This document shows, in pieces, positions 40,311 through 53,100 of a DNA stretch of 64,000 bases (the first letter of the stretch is position 1; every line of letters starts with the position of its first letter). The notes below the pieces were generated by a model, which was not told the origin of the DNA, did not search any database, and saw nothing but the letters and a program-made list of their open reading frames with translations. This DNA comes from Squalus acanthias. Its lineage: Eukaryota. The translations under genes and the position numbers were made by a program. The DNA is taken from NCBI GenBank assembly GCA_030390025.1, contig CM059432.1:11222001-11286000 (forward strand). The letters run 5' to 3'.

Positions 40311-41030
40311 AAAGAATACTGTGGAGGGAAGATGTATTGTCTGTAACATGTCTTTTAACCAGAAAATTTAACATGCCAAACATAATCACCATAAAATGAG
40401 ATTTCTGACCAATTGGGCAACATAAGAAATGTTGCAGATGTGATCATTATCTCCCCTATAATATCTAATGAAAATCTTGATTGACCACTACCTCCTGCTT
40501 GGTCAAAGTTGTGTGATTTCCCTGCATAGTGTGTGCAGGCCTTAATTGTTGCTTTACCTTTGATACACTTGGTGCTCTCCAGATGTTACTCTTTCTTAAC
40601 TCATTAATTTTTTGTTAGTGGAATTTAAACATCATACGGAATTATTCTTGGAAATCTCAAAAGGTATTCAATAGGTATTACCTTGGTGACTTGCACCAAC
40701 AGATCAATGACTTGCAATATCTGAAGTAAATTACAGTCCTTAATCATGTCCCTTGATAGAGAACTTATTTTATTAGATGTAACCCCTGTAGTGCAAGATT
40801 TCTAATCAGTCAGAATCCAGGATAGGCGAGCAACTCAGACAATTTTTTTGCAATTACATCTATCAGTAGGTTTTTTTGTATCGGGAATTGGCAATGCACT
40901 ACAGAATACTTGAAGTAATTCACAGGGCTATTTTGACTTTTTTCCAAGTATGTATTGGTATAGACCTAGTATTTTTAAAATCTTGTAGCACAAGTAAATT
41001 CATTCTTCTTCTTTTGTTTCACCCTATATA

Positions 41031-42657
41031 AGGTGTCGGCCTTGGCTCAACGGTAGCACTCTCACCTCGGAGTCGGAAGGTTGTGGATTCAATTCTCACT
41101 CCAGAGACTTGAGCACATAATCTAGGCTGAAACTTAAGTGGAGAACTAAGGGAGATGTCGTCTGAAGTGTCATTTATCAGATGAGATGTTTAACCGAGGC
41201 CCCTTCTGCCCTCTCAGGTGGACGTAAAAACCCCATGGCACTATTCAAAGAAGAGCTGGGGAATTCGTTCCCGCAATTCTACGTTTGAATGCCTCCAATC
41301 CGGTTTCGGCCCTGCCACAGTACTGAAACAGCCCTTATTAAAATCGCAAATGATATCCTATGTGACTGTGACCGTGGTAAATTATCCCTCCTCCCCCTTC
41401 TCGACCTGTCTGCAGCCTTTGACACGGTTGACCACACCATCCTTCTCCAACGCCTCTCCTTCGTCGTCCAGCTGGGTGGTACTGCCGTTGCCTGGTTCCA
41501 TTCTTATCTATCGATTCATAGGGAGAGAATCACCTGCAATCTCCCATACCGTTGCCGATGGAGTCACCCAAGGATCTATCCTTGGGCCCCTCCCATTTCT
41601 CATCTACATGCTGGCTCTTGGCGACATAATCTGAAATCATGATGTCAGGTTCCAAGTGTACACTGATAACATCCAGCTCTACCTCACCGCCACCTCTCTC
41701 GACCCCTTCACTGTCTCTGATTTGTGTCACTGTTTGTCCGACATCCAATACTGGATGAGCAGAAATTCCCTCCAACTAAATATTGGGAAGAGCGAAACCA
41801 TTGTCTTCGGTCCCTGCCACAAACTCTGTTCCCTAGCCACCGATTCCATCCCTCTCGCTGGCAGCTGTCTGAGGCTGAACCAGACCGTTCGCAACCTTGG
41901 TGTCGTATTTGATTCCGAGATAAGCTGCCTTCCTGGCTGGCCTCCCATCTTCCACCCTACATAAACTTGAGCTCATCCAAAACCCTGATGCCTGTATCCG
42001 AACTCTCACCAAGTCCTGTTCACCCATCCTGTGCTCACTGACCTACATTGGCTCCTGGACTGGCAACGCCTCAATTTTGAAATTCTCATCCTTGTTTTCA
42101 AATCTCTCCATTGCCTCACCCCTCCCTATCTCTGTAGCCTCCTCCAGCTCTACAAGCCTTCACGATCTCTGCGCTCCTCTAATTCTGACCTCTTGTGCAT
42201 CCGCAATTTTAATTGCTCCACCATTGGTGGCCGTGCCTTCAGCTGTCTAGGCCCAAAGCTCTGGACTACACTCCTGAAACCTCTCCGCCATTATACCTCT
42301 CTCTCTCTCCTCCTTTTAAGGTGCTCCTTAAAACCTACCTCTTTAATCAAGCTTTTGGTCATTGTGGCTTGGTGTCCGATTTTGTTTGCTCCTGTGAAGC
42401 GCCTTGGGACGTTTTACTACGTTAAATGCGCCATATAAATGCAAGTTGTTCTCCTGGCCAATATTTATCCCTCAACCGCCATCACCAAAACCGATTATCA
42501 GGCCATTATCACATTGCTGTTTGGGGGACTTTGCTATATGCAAATTCACTGCCACATTTGCCTACATCATAAGTGAGTACAGTTCAAAGTTCATTTGCTG
42601 TGAAGCACTTTGGGATGTCCTGAGGATGTGAAAGGTGCTATATAAATGCAAGTTCTT
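41031..42657 (+). mobile_element. DeuSINE (41031-41264 and 42449-42657) split by an L2 insertion (about 41265-42448)
   Basis: The SINE halves rejoin at gggaatt|..ctcctggccaatattt; the insert has L2 RT motifs [20 protein letters not shown] and QGSILGP. Confidence 0.85.
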
Positions 42658-44167
42658 ATCGTTTCAGGTGTATATAATGAGGATCCAGAATATGCATATC
42701 ATTTGCCATCTATCATTTCCAGTTGTAGACAACATGACACATCGTTTAAGCTGCTTTCCTATTGGAGGTTATCAAGCCCAAGAAGTTTGGGAAAACTGGT
42801 TTAATTAATGCCATAAATAAAATAAAAAAATCTTTAGACTCTGCTTCAGTTCTGTCTTCAGCTCCCGTTTGGGACCTGACAAAAGAATTCCCATGTTTTA
42901 TTTCACATTTAGATTGGATAATTCTTGGACCTCCATGAAGTTTTAAATCTAAAAAGAAAAATCTTATTTCTCTCAATTTTTGACACCACTGTAGGTACTC
43001 TTTGAACATTCCTTCCTATGTATGTAGAAGATTGAAAATGAAAAAGAAAGTTAGATTGCCCATCCTTTCATTTCAACTTCCTCACTTTATATTCCATATA
43101 CAGTACCACACCCCCATCTTCTTTCCCTACTGTTCAAAATTCAGTTTGGGCATTGTCATTTTGATAAATTCTTTAATTTGCTATGTAACTATAGTGTACC
43201 ATGAAGAAGTAAAGGCTATGCTTGGATCGTCCCTGGCACCTCTTGTTGGCTGTCTATATGAAGTGCTGGCAGTGAAGGAACATTGTTCCTCAGCTGCAGT
43301 TATCAGAGTAAATCGATAACATTAAAAAAAATCATGAAACCTACCCCAATAATTCCTATAAAAATAGAGTTAAAAAAATCTTTGTGATTTGTAGGGTTTT
43401 TCCTTACTTACTGCCGGCGTAGTGTAAGCCTGATTGTGCGCACTATCTGTGGGCCATATGTGGTCCAAGAGCCTTGGTAATCCAGTCTACAAACTCCTTT
43501 TTTTATTTGCAGTTTTTCTTATTTTATTATTTTTCCAATTTGAGTTTCATGGACTTGTTCTTAAACTGTTGCCTAATTGGTCTGTGTGCTAGTACCATGC
43601 CAAGTGCTGTATTTATTATTAAGAAAGCTCCTAATAAAGATTAAATTCTCAAATATTACAAATACTACAACGATATTGACTATTGCTGACCTAAGCTGCA
43701 TTATTGCTCCCAGTTCTGAGGTGCTGATTTTGGGCGTGAAATACATTGGTTTCATGGCATCTTCTTTCAGATTGGGAAATCCTGTCAGTGATTCTCTTTG
43801 TCAACAGACTGTCTTCCAGGCTTATGGGAGATTCTCATTATTGAAGCCCCACAGATGTTCATAGACATCCATAGTTTTTGATCTGGTTTTTTGCCCATCC
43901 CATGAGACTATATGACATGTAGGGGGTAAGAAATCTCTTGACGTGATGCATAAGGCATTACAATTGTATGGAACAGGCTAGATGGACCAGCTGGTCTTTT
44001 CCTGCTCAACGCATTCGTATGTTCGTATAAGCAGAGAACATGTTTTATGTAGCAAATACTCTGGGGAATTTTTTTTTTGCATCTCTAGGTCTCACTTGAA
44101 GCTTAAATTGAAATTTGAGAGGGTGCAGTATATCATGCCAGCCCTTGGGAACCTAATTTATGAGATG

Positions 44168-44335
44168 AGAACATAAGAAATAGGAGCAGGAGCAGGAGTA
44201 GGCCATTTGGCCCTTCGAGCCTGCTCCGCCATTCAATAAGATCTTCTACCTCAACTCCACTTTCCTGAACTATCCCCATATCCCTTGATTCCCTGAATAT
44301 TCAAAAATCTATCGATCTCTGTCTTGAATATACTA
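44168..44335 (-). mobile_element. CR1 tail fragment
   Basis: aacataagaaataggagcagg...ccattcaataagatc. Confidence 0.8.
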
Positions 44336-44865
44336 GGAAAGATTAAGAAAGTTGGGCCTGATCTTATTGATTGTGATTTTGAAGTGGCCGAATGGAAGTT
44401 TTCAAAAAATTTTAAGAGCGCTAATAAAGGTGATCCAAACTGTTCACATTACTAAAGGGTTGGAAAACAAGGGGAATTTTTTTTTAACAAAAAAGTAACA
44501 TACAGGTAATTGAGGCAGAGCTATTCAACACAAAGGTTGAGTGAAATATAAAATATATCAAACAAAGCGATGATATAAATGGATTCAAGGGATGCCTGGA
44601 TATGTTTCTGGAGAAAGAGAGGATCTAGTGGGAATATGGTGCTGAGATCAAGTAAAATACCCAGGCAAAATTTTTCTTGGTAATGTTTCCTGTATAACGT
44701 GGGAAAGTGAATTCTCAAGGTTATGATTTAGCAATCTGTGTTTCTGTCTTTTTTGGAGGGCTTAACTAATCCTGTTGTAAGTAGAGCATGATATCCTTCA
44801 AAAAGGGAGCAAGCACTTACCTCTAGTAGGTAGTTTAATTTCCACTAAATAGTAGTGGAAATTAA

Positions 44866-45150
44866 ATCTGCCCTCTCAGGTGGATGTAAAAGATCCCATG
44901 GCACTACTGCGAAGAAGAGTAGGGGAGTTATCCCCGGTGTCCTGGCCAATATTTAACTCTTAACCAACATAACAAAAACAGGTTATCTGGTCATTATCAC
45001 ATTGCTGTTTGTGGGAGCTTGCTGTGTGCAAATTGGCTGCTGCGTTTCCCACATTTCAACAGTGACTCCACTTCAAAAGTACTTCATTGGCTATAAAGCG
45101 CTTTGAGATGTCCGGTGGTCGTCAAAGGCGCTATATAAATGCAAGTCTGT
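44866..45150 (+). mobile_element. DeuSINE, 5'-truncated
   Basis: Body and L2-type tail match the other copies. Confidence 0.85.
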
Positions 45151-45339
45151 CTTTTTCTTTAGTTCATTTTGTTTGTATCTGTGCGTTCTACAGTGTGTAT
45201 TATGCGGACAAAAAATTAGGTGAAAATAAATGGAATTGGAGAGCAGAATACTACAAAATTGTTATTTCCGATAGCTTTTTGCTACAATTTAAGCATTTTA
45301 TTCTGCCAGTGGATTTCACACTTCATTCAGCCTTAATCT

Positions 45340-45578
45340 GTCACATTAACACCACCTCTAGCCTTGCATATCTCTTAATGTCTCTTAATGTCTCTTCATC
45401 TCCCCCTTTGTTCCTTTATCCCCTCCCCCTTTTCCCAGCTTTACCCTGGCCTTAAATCTATTTGATTTCCGGCTCTTCCCAGTTCTGATGAAAGGTCATC
45501 GACCTGAAACGTTAACTCTCTTTCTCTCTCCACGGATGCTGCCTGGCCTGCTGAGTTTTTCCAGCGTTTTCTGTTGTT
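45340..45578 (+). mobile_element. Penelope-like element terminal fragment
   Basis: Contains a minimal hammerhead followed by gatgctgcctggcctgctgag...ccagc. Confidence 0.65.
45481..45517 (+). ncRNA. Minimal type I hammerhead ribozyme
   Basis: agtt-CTGATGA-a-aggtc-atc-gacct-GAAAC-GTTA-act: intact core, 5-bp stem II, palindromic AACGTT stem III, short stem I. Confidence 0.75.
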
Positions 45579-48048
45579 ATTAAGCATTTTATTTCCCGAG
45601 TACTATATCCTCATATTTCAATACTGATTTACTATTCCAAAATTGTTGGAATTCCTGCAACGACTTAGTCATTTGGAAAAACACTCCTTTCCTTTCCTGA
45701 AGGTATTGATTCTGCGAGGGTACAACGCCATGGCTTACCCAAGTGAGCATTTTTCACGTGAGATTTGACAGTGAGTATCCGCAGGCTATTTGGACACAGG
45801 AGGCATCACAGACAAACCCAATCCTGTCCTCATTCAGAATCCATACGTATACCCTTCCGGCAGAAGCAGCTGGACAGCACTTAGGAGTGGGAACTTTGGT
45901 CAGTTTTCCTCTCTTAGACAGGAGCACCAAGGGTAATTTCAGTGATCTTGCTGCTGCTCTGCCTGAGATCATTTAACTTCAAACTTCTTCTTGCTCTTTA
46001 GTGTAAATTTTCCGCAGAAGCTGATCAACTCTGGTCTTCCTTCTACAGTTCCTGATCATGTAGATATGGCATTGAGGCAAGTTAGATTTCATGGATCTAT
46101 CAATGCGACAGCTAGTAGTGCAACAGCATGAGGAAATATGATGCACTCAGAAGGCATGAAATGCAGCTACATGAAAAGGTCTTTTACTTAGATAGATCTT
46201 ACATGCTCAAGAACAAGAGGCTACTAGATTTCTGTTGGTGATTCCAAGACTTTATAGTTGGCTAATCTTCTGGTAGCTGAAGTATCTGTCCACTTCTCCT
46301 CCATCCTTCCAAATTCCCCTCTCGGCTCAAGATTCAGGCAAAGGTAACAACAGTAATTCTTATGTTTTTGTATCTCCTCTTCTTCCTTTTGGCTAAGGGC
46401 ATCCTCATGCAGTGATTTTCTGGCTCTTATTTTTGACCAGTCCATCAAAATAATGTGCAGCATTGACTTAGAGACCCAGATGAATGGTCAAATGTGGCAT
46501 TGTGATCCTGGAGGTTCCAAATGAAGGCATTGCTCTTGACTAGGCAGGACTAAAGGAGGGAAGTTTTCTACTGTTTATGATGACCCTGCTAGGTCCCAGG
46601 AAGAAACTAACTTGAAGGCATGCAATGTTAAATGGTAAGTCCTGTAGCACAGCCACCAGGTGGCTGGGTGTGACGTGGTGACAATTTTATTGGATTCTCA
46701 GATGTTTCTAGATGAGTACTCTTTCAAGCTTTCTCAGAGTCCACACTGCTCCTGTTTTTTTAATAATCATACTCGGGATATGGGCATCACCAGCAAGGCC
46801 AGCATTTATTGCTCATCCCTAGTTGCCTTTGAGAAGGTGGTGGTGAGCTGCCGCCTTGAATCACTGCAGTCCATTTGATGAAGGTACTCCTACGGTGCTG
46901 TTAGGTAGCGAGTTCCAGGATTTTGACCAGCAACGATAAGGGAACGGCGATATAATTCCAAGTCAGGATGGTGTGTGACTTGGACGGGATCTTGGAGGTG
47001 GTGGTCCCATGCATCTGCTGCATTTGTCCTTTCTAGGTGCTGGAAGTCGCGGGTTTTGGAGGTGCTGTTGAAGAAGCCTTGGCGAGTTGCTGCAGCGCAT
47101 CTTGTAGCTAATACATACTGCAGCCACGATGTGTCGGTGGTGGAGGGAGTGAATGTTTAAGGTGGTGGATGAGCTGCCCATCAAGCAAACTGCTTTGTCC
47201 TAGATGGTGTTGAGCTTCTTGTGTTATTACAGCTGCACACATCCAGATGAGTGGAGAGTATTCCATCACACTCCTAACTAGTACTTTTTAGGTGGTGGAG
47301 AGGCTTTGGGGAGTTGGGCGGTGAGTCACTTTGCACAGAATACCAAGCATCTGACTGGTTCTAGTTGCCATAGCATTTTTATGGCTAGTCTAGTTGAGTT
47401 TGTAAAAGCTTCTATAGGTATGTGAAAAGGAAAAGACTGGTGAAGGTAAATGTAGGTCCTTTACAGTCATAAGAACATAAGAAATAGGAGCAGGAGTAGG
47501 CCAATCGGCCCCTCGAGCCTGCTCCGCCATTCAATAAGATCATGGCTGATCTGATCCTAACCTCAAATCTAAAGAACACAAGAAGTAGGAGCAGGACCCG
47601 GCCACTCAGCCCCTGGGCCCGCTCCGCCACCCACAGGGCCTTGACCGATCCGAACTCAGCCTCATGTCCAATTTCCTGCCCACTCCCCGTAACCCCTAAT
47701 TCCCTTTACTTCTAGGAAACTGTCTATTTCTGTTTTAAATTTATTTAATGATGTAGCTTCCACAGCTTCCTGGGGCAGTAAATTCCACAGACCTACTACC
47801 CTCTGAGTGAAGAAGTTTCTCCTCATCTCAGTTTTGAAAGAGCAGCCCCTTATTCTAAGATTATGCCCCCTAGTTCTAGTTTCACCCATCCTTGGGAACA
47901 TCCTTACCGCATCCACCCGATCAAGCCCCTTCACAATCTTATGTTTCAATAAGATCGCCTCTCATTTTTCTGAACTCCAATGAGCAGAGTCCCAATCTAC
48001 TCAACCTCTCCTCATATGTCCACCCCCTCATCCCCGGAATTAACCGAG

Positions 48049-48389
48049 TTCGAATCTGGCCTCGGGTGACTGTCTGTGTGGAGTTTGCACATTCTCCCCG
48101 TGTCTGCGTGGGTTTCCTCCGGGTGCTCCGGTTTCCTCCCACAGTCCAAAAATGTGCGGGTTAGGTTGATTTGGCTATGATAAATTGACCCTTAGTGTTA
48201 GGGGGGGATTAAATATGTGGGGTTACGGGGATAGGATGGGATATGTGTCGGTGCAGGTCGATGGGGATTCTGTGTGAGGGGGCAGGGACAGGGTGCTGGA
48301 TTTGGATGATCAGCCATGATCGTATTGAATGGTGGAGCAGGCTTGACGGGCCGAATGGCCTACTCCTGCTCCTAGTTTCTATGTTTCTA
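48049..48389 (+). mobile_element. HE1-like V-SINE, 5'-truncated, with CR1 tail
   Basis: B box gttcgaatc; V-domain ctgtctgtgtggagtttgcacattctccccgtgtctgcgtgggtttcctcc; CR1-type stem-loop and (tttctatg)n tail; inserted at ccgagt|gaacc with no TSD. Confidence 0.85.
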
Positions 48390-50070
48390 TGAACCTTCTT
48401 TGTACTGCCTCGAGAGCAAGTATGTCTTTTCTTAAGTATGGACACCAAAACTGTATGCAGTATTCCAGGTGCGGTCTCACCAATACCTTATATAACTGCA
48501 GCAATACCTCCCTGTTTTTATAATCTATCCCCCTAGCAATAAAAGCCAACATTCCGTTGGCCTTCTTGATCACCTGCTGCACCTGCATACTAACTGTTTG
48601 ATTTTCTTGCACTAGGACCCCCAGATCCCTTTGTACTGCAGTACTTCCAGTTTCTCGCCATTAAGATAATAACTTGCTCTCTGATTTTTCCTGCCAAAGT
48701 GCATAACCTCACATTTTCCAATATTGTATTGCATCTGCCAAATCTTCGCCCACTCACCCAGCCTGTCTATATCCCCTTGTAGGTTTTTTATGTCCTCCTC
48801 ACTTTCTACTTTCCCTCCCATCTTTGTATCATCTGCAAACTTTGATATGTTACACTCGGTCCCCTCCTCCAAATCGTTAATATAGATTGTAAAGAGTTGG
48901 GGACCCAGCACCGACCCCTGCGGAACACCACTGGCTACTGGTTGCCAGTCCGAGAATGAACCATTTATCCCAACTCTCTGCTTCCTGTTAGATAACCAAT
49001 CCTCCACCCATGCCAGAATATTCCCCCCAATCCAGTGATTTTTTATCTTGAGCAATAATCTTTTATGTGGCACCTTGTCGAATGCCTTCTGGAAGTCTAA
49101 ATACACTACGTCCACTGGTTCCCCTTTATCCACCCTGTACGTTATGTCCTCAAAGAACTCAAGCAAATTTGTCAGACATGACTTCCCCTTCATAAAGCCA
49201 TGCTGACTTTGTCCTATTAAATTATGTTTATCTAAATGTTCCGTTACTGTCTCCTTAATAATAGACTCCAAAATTTTACCCACCACAGATGTTAGGCTAA
49301 CTGGTCTATAATTTCCAGCCTTCTGCCTACTACCCTTTTTAAATAAGGGTGTTACATTAGCAGTTTTCTAATCTGCCGGGACCTTTGCCGAGTCCAGGGA
49401 ATTTTGGAAAATTATTACCAAAGCATCCACAATCCCTACTGCCACTTCCCTCAAGACCCTAGGATGTAAGCCATCAGGTCCAGGGGATTTATCCGCCTTG
49501 AGTCCCATTATTTTACTGAGTACTAATTCCTCAGTGATTTTAATCATATTTAGCTCCTCCCCCCCCCCCCCCAGAGCCCCCTGTTTGTCCAGTGTTGGAT
49601 ATTCTTAGTGTCCTCTACCGTAAAGACTGAAACAAAATATTTGTTCAGCATTTTTGCCATCTCCATGTTTCCCACCATTAATTTCCCGGTCTCATCCTCT
49701 AAGGGACCTACGTTTGCCTCAGCCGCCCTTTTTCTTTTTATATAACTATAGAAACTCTTGCTATCTGTTTTTATATTTTTTGCTAATTTATTTTCATAAT
49801 CTATCTTCCCTTTCTTAATCAATCCTTCAGTTACTTTTTGCTGTCTTTTGAAGACTTCCCAATCTTCTATCCTCCCACTAAGTTTGGCTACCTTATATGT
49901 CCTTGTTTTTAGTCGGATACTATCCTTAATTTCTTTACTTAGCCACGGATGGCTGTCATTTCTTTTCCACCCTTTTTTCCTCAGTGGAATATATATTTTT
50001 TGAAAGTTGTAAAATAACTCCTTAAATGAACACCACTGCTCATGTACCGTCTTACCCTTTAATCTATTTT

Positions 50071-50170
50071 AGAAACATAGAAAATAGGTACAGGAGTAGA
50101 CCATTCGGTCCTTCGAGCCTGCACCGCCATTCAATGCGTTCATGGCTGAACATGCTACCTCAGTACCCCA
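50071..50170 (-). mobile_element. 100-bp CR1 tail insertion inside CR1 copy 2
   Basis: Absent from copy 1 (empty site aatctattttcccagtcc); tt duplicated. Confidence 0.85.
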
Positions 50171-53100
50171 TTCCCAGTCCACTTTAATCAATTCCGCTCT
50201 CATACCATCATAGTTTCCTTTATTCAAGCTCATTACGCTTGTTTGAGAACCAACCTTCTCACCCTCTAATTGGATATGGAATTCAACCATGTTATGGTCA
50301 CTCATTCCAAGGGGATCCTTAACTAGGACATTATTAATGAATCCTGACTCATTACACAGGACCAGGTCCAAGGTTGCTTGCCCCCTTGTAGGATCAGTTA
50401 CATACTGCTCAAGAAATCCATCCCTAATACACTCAATAAACTCTTCCTCAAGGCTGCCCTGCCCAATTTGATTTGTCCAGTTAATATGATAGTTAAAATC
50501 CCCCATAATTATAGCTGTTCCCTTATTACATGCCCCAACTATTTCCTGATTAATACTTCTTCCAGCAGAGTTGCAACTATTAGGAGGCCTATATACTACT
50601 CCCACTAGTGTTTTTTTTCCCCTTATTATTCCTTATCTCCACCCAAACTGTTTCATTATCCTGATCCTTTGACCCAATATCATTTCTCTGTATTACAGTG
50701 ATTCCTTCCTTTATTAACATAGCCACCCCACCTCCCCTTCCTTCCTGCCTGTCCTTCCTGATTGTTAAATACCCTGGCATATTTAATTCCCAGTCGTTGT
50801 CACCCTGCAGTCATGTTTCTGTAATGGCCACAAGATCATACCCATACGTAGTTATTTGTGCCGTTAACTTGTCCATTTTGTTACGAATGCTACGTGCATT
50901 CAGATAAAGAACTTTCAAATATGTTTTGTGACACTTAGTTCCTGCTTTTTCCTTTTTTAACACTTTCCCTTTTACTCCATACATTCTGTCCCTTCCTGAC
51001 ACGCTTTCCTCTGTCTCCCTGCTCAGGTGCCCATTCTTCCAGCAGAGTTGCAACTATTAGGAGGCCTATATACTACTCCCACTAGTGTTTTTTCAGAGAC
51101 GGGAGAATTTATAATGTGGAATGAGGAAATGGCGGAGAAATTAAATAAATACTTTATTTCTGTCTTCACGGAGAAAGACACAAAAAACCTCCCAGAAATA
51201 CGAGAAAACCAAGGGTGTGGTGAGAATGAGGAACTTAAAGAAATTACTATTAGTAATAAAACAGTACTAGCAAAATTAATGGGTCTAAAAGTCGATAAAT
51301 CCCAATGACCATCGGATGACCTACATCCTAGGGTTTTGAAAGAGGTGGCCATTGGGATAGTGGGAACATTGGTTGTCATCTTCCAAAATTCTATAGATTC
51401 TGGAACGGTTCCTGCAGAAATGTAACCCCGCTATTTAAGAAAGGAGGGAGAGAGAAAACGGTGAACTACAGACCTGTTAGCCTCACATCAGTAGTTGGGA
51501 AAATGCTGGAATCTATTATGAAGGATGCAATAACTGGGCACTTAGAAACTAATAGTAAGATTGGGCAGAGTCGACATGGTTTTATGAAAGGGAAATCCTG
51601 TTTAACAAACCTATTGGAGTTCTTTGAGGATGTAACTAGTGGAGTAGACAAAGGGGAACCGGTAGATGTGTTGTATTTGGATTTTCAGAAGGCCTTCGAT
51701 AAGGTCCCACACAAGAGGTTGGTGAACAAAATTAGGGCACATGGAATTGGGGGTAATATGCTAGCATGGATTGAGAATTGGTTAACAGACAGAAAACAAA
51801 GAGTAGGGATAAATGGGTCTTTTTCAGGTTGGCAGGCTGTGACTAGTGGGGTACCGCAAGGATCAGTGCTTGGGCCCCAGCTATTCACAATCTATATCAA
51901 TGATTTGGATGAGGGGACTAAATGTAACATTTCCAAATTTGCTGATGATACAAAGCTAGGTGGCAGTGTCAGTTGTGAAGAGGATGTGAAGAGGCTTCAA
52001 GGGGATCTCAACAGGCTCAGTGAGTGGGCGAGAACATGGCAGATGGAGTATAATGTGGATAAATGTGAAGTTATTCACTTTGGTCGAAAAAACAGAAAGG
52101 CAGAGTATTTCCTAAATGGTGAAAGATTGGGGAATGCAGATGCTCAAAGGGACCTGGGCGTCCTTGTACATGAGTCACAAAGTGAATGTGCAGGTGCAGC
52201 AAGCCATGAGGAAGGCAAATGGTATGCTGGCCTTCATTACAAGAGGATTTGAGTACAGGAGTAAAGATGTCTTACTCCAATTATATAGGGCCTTGGTGAG
52301 ACCACACCTGGAGTACTGTGTACAATTTTGGTCTCCTTACCTAAGGAAGGATATACTTGCCATAGAGGGAGTTTAACGAAGGTTCACGAGATTGATTCCT
52401 GGGATGGCGGGACTGTCGTATGAGAAGAGATTGAGTAAACTAGGCCTGTATTCTCTTGAATTCAGAAGAATGAGAGGGGATCTCATTGAAGCATACAAAA
52501 TTATTACAGGGCTTTATAGGGTGGATGCTGGGAGAATGTTTCCATTGGCTGGGGAGTCGAGAACCAGGGGCCACAGCCTCAGGATAAAGGGTAGGCCATT
52601 CAGGACTGAGATGAGAAGACATTTCTTCACACAGAGGGTGGTGAATCTTTGGAATTCTCTACCCGAGAGGGCTGTGGAGGCTCAGTCATTGGGTATATTC
52701 AAAACAGAAGTCGATAGATTTCTGACTTGTAAGGGCATCAAGGGATATGGCGATAGGGCTGGTGAATGGAGTTGAGGCAGAAGATCAGCCATGATCTCAT
52801 TGAATGGCGGAGCAGACTCGAAGGGCCGAATGGCCTACTCCTGCTCCTATTTCTTATGTTCTTCTGTTTCTGGTGAATTGCGACCCCATGGATGTTAATG
52901 TTGGGGGATTGATGGTAATGCCATTTAATGTCAAGGGGTGGTCTGCTTAATTATCTGGGGCAATGTGAATGGAACTGAACACTCTTCAAGCATCAGCGAA
53001 CAGCCCTACTTCTGACTTTATGATGGAGGGAAGGTCTTTGAAGCAGCTGAAGATAGTTGGGCCTAGGATGCTGCCCTGAGGAACTGCTGCAGTGATGTCC

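Larger units (their letters stand above)
47469..51094 (-). mobile_element. CR1 copy 2, nearly identical to 16134-19255
   Basis: Identical ORF translations (17778.. vs 48612..; 18775.. vs 47662..), same doubled tail and same disabling mutations. Confidence 0.95.
47402..52865 (+). mobile_element. CR1 LINE, 5'-truncated (47402-47468 and 51095-52865)
   Basis: VGPLQS|ETGEFIM rejoins across the insert; RT ORF 51461..52252; gttt on both flanks. Confidence 0.9.
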
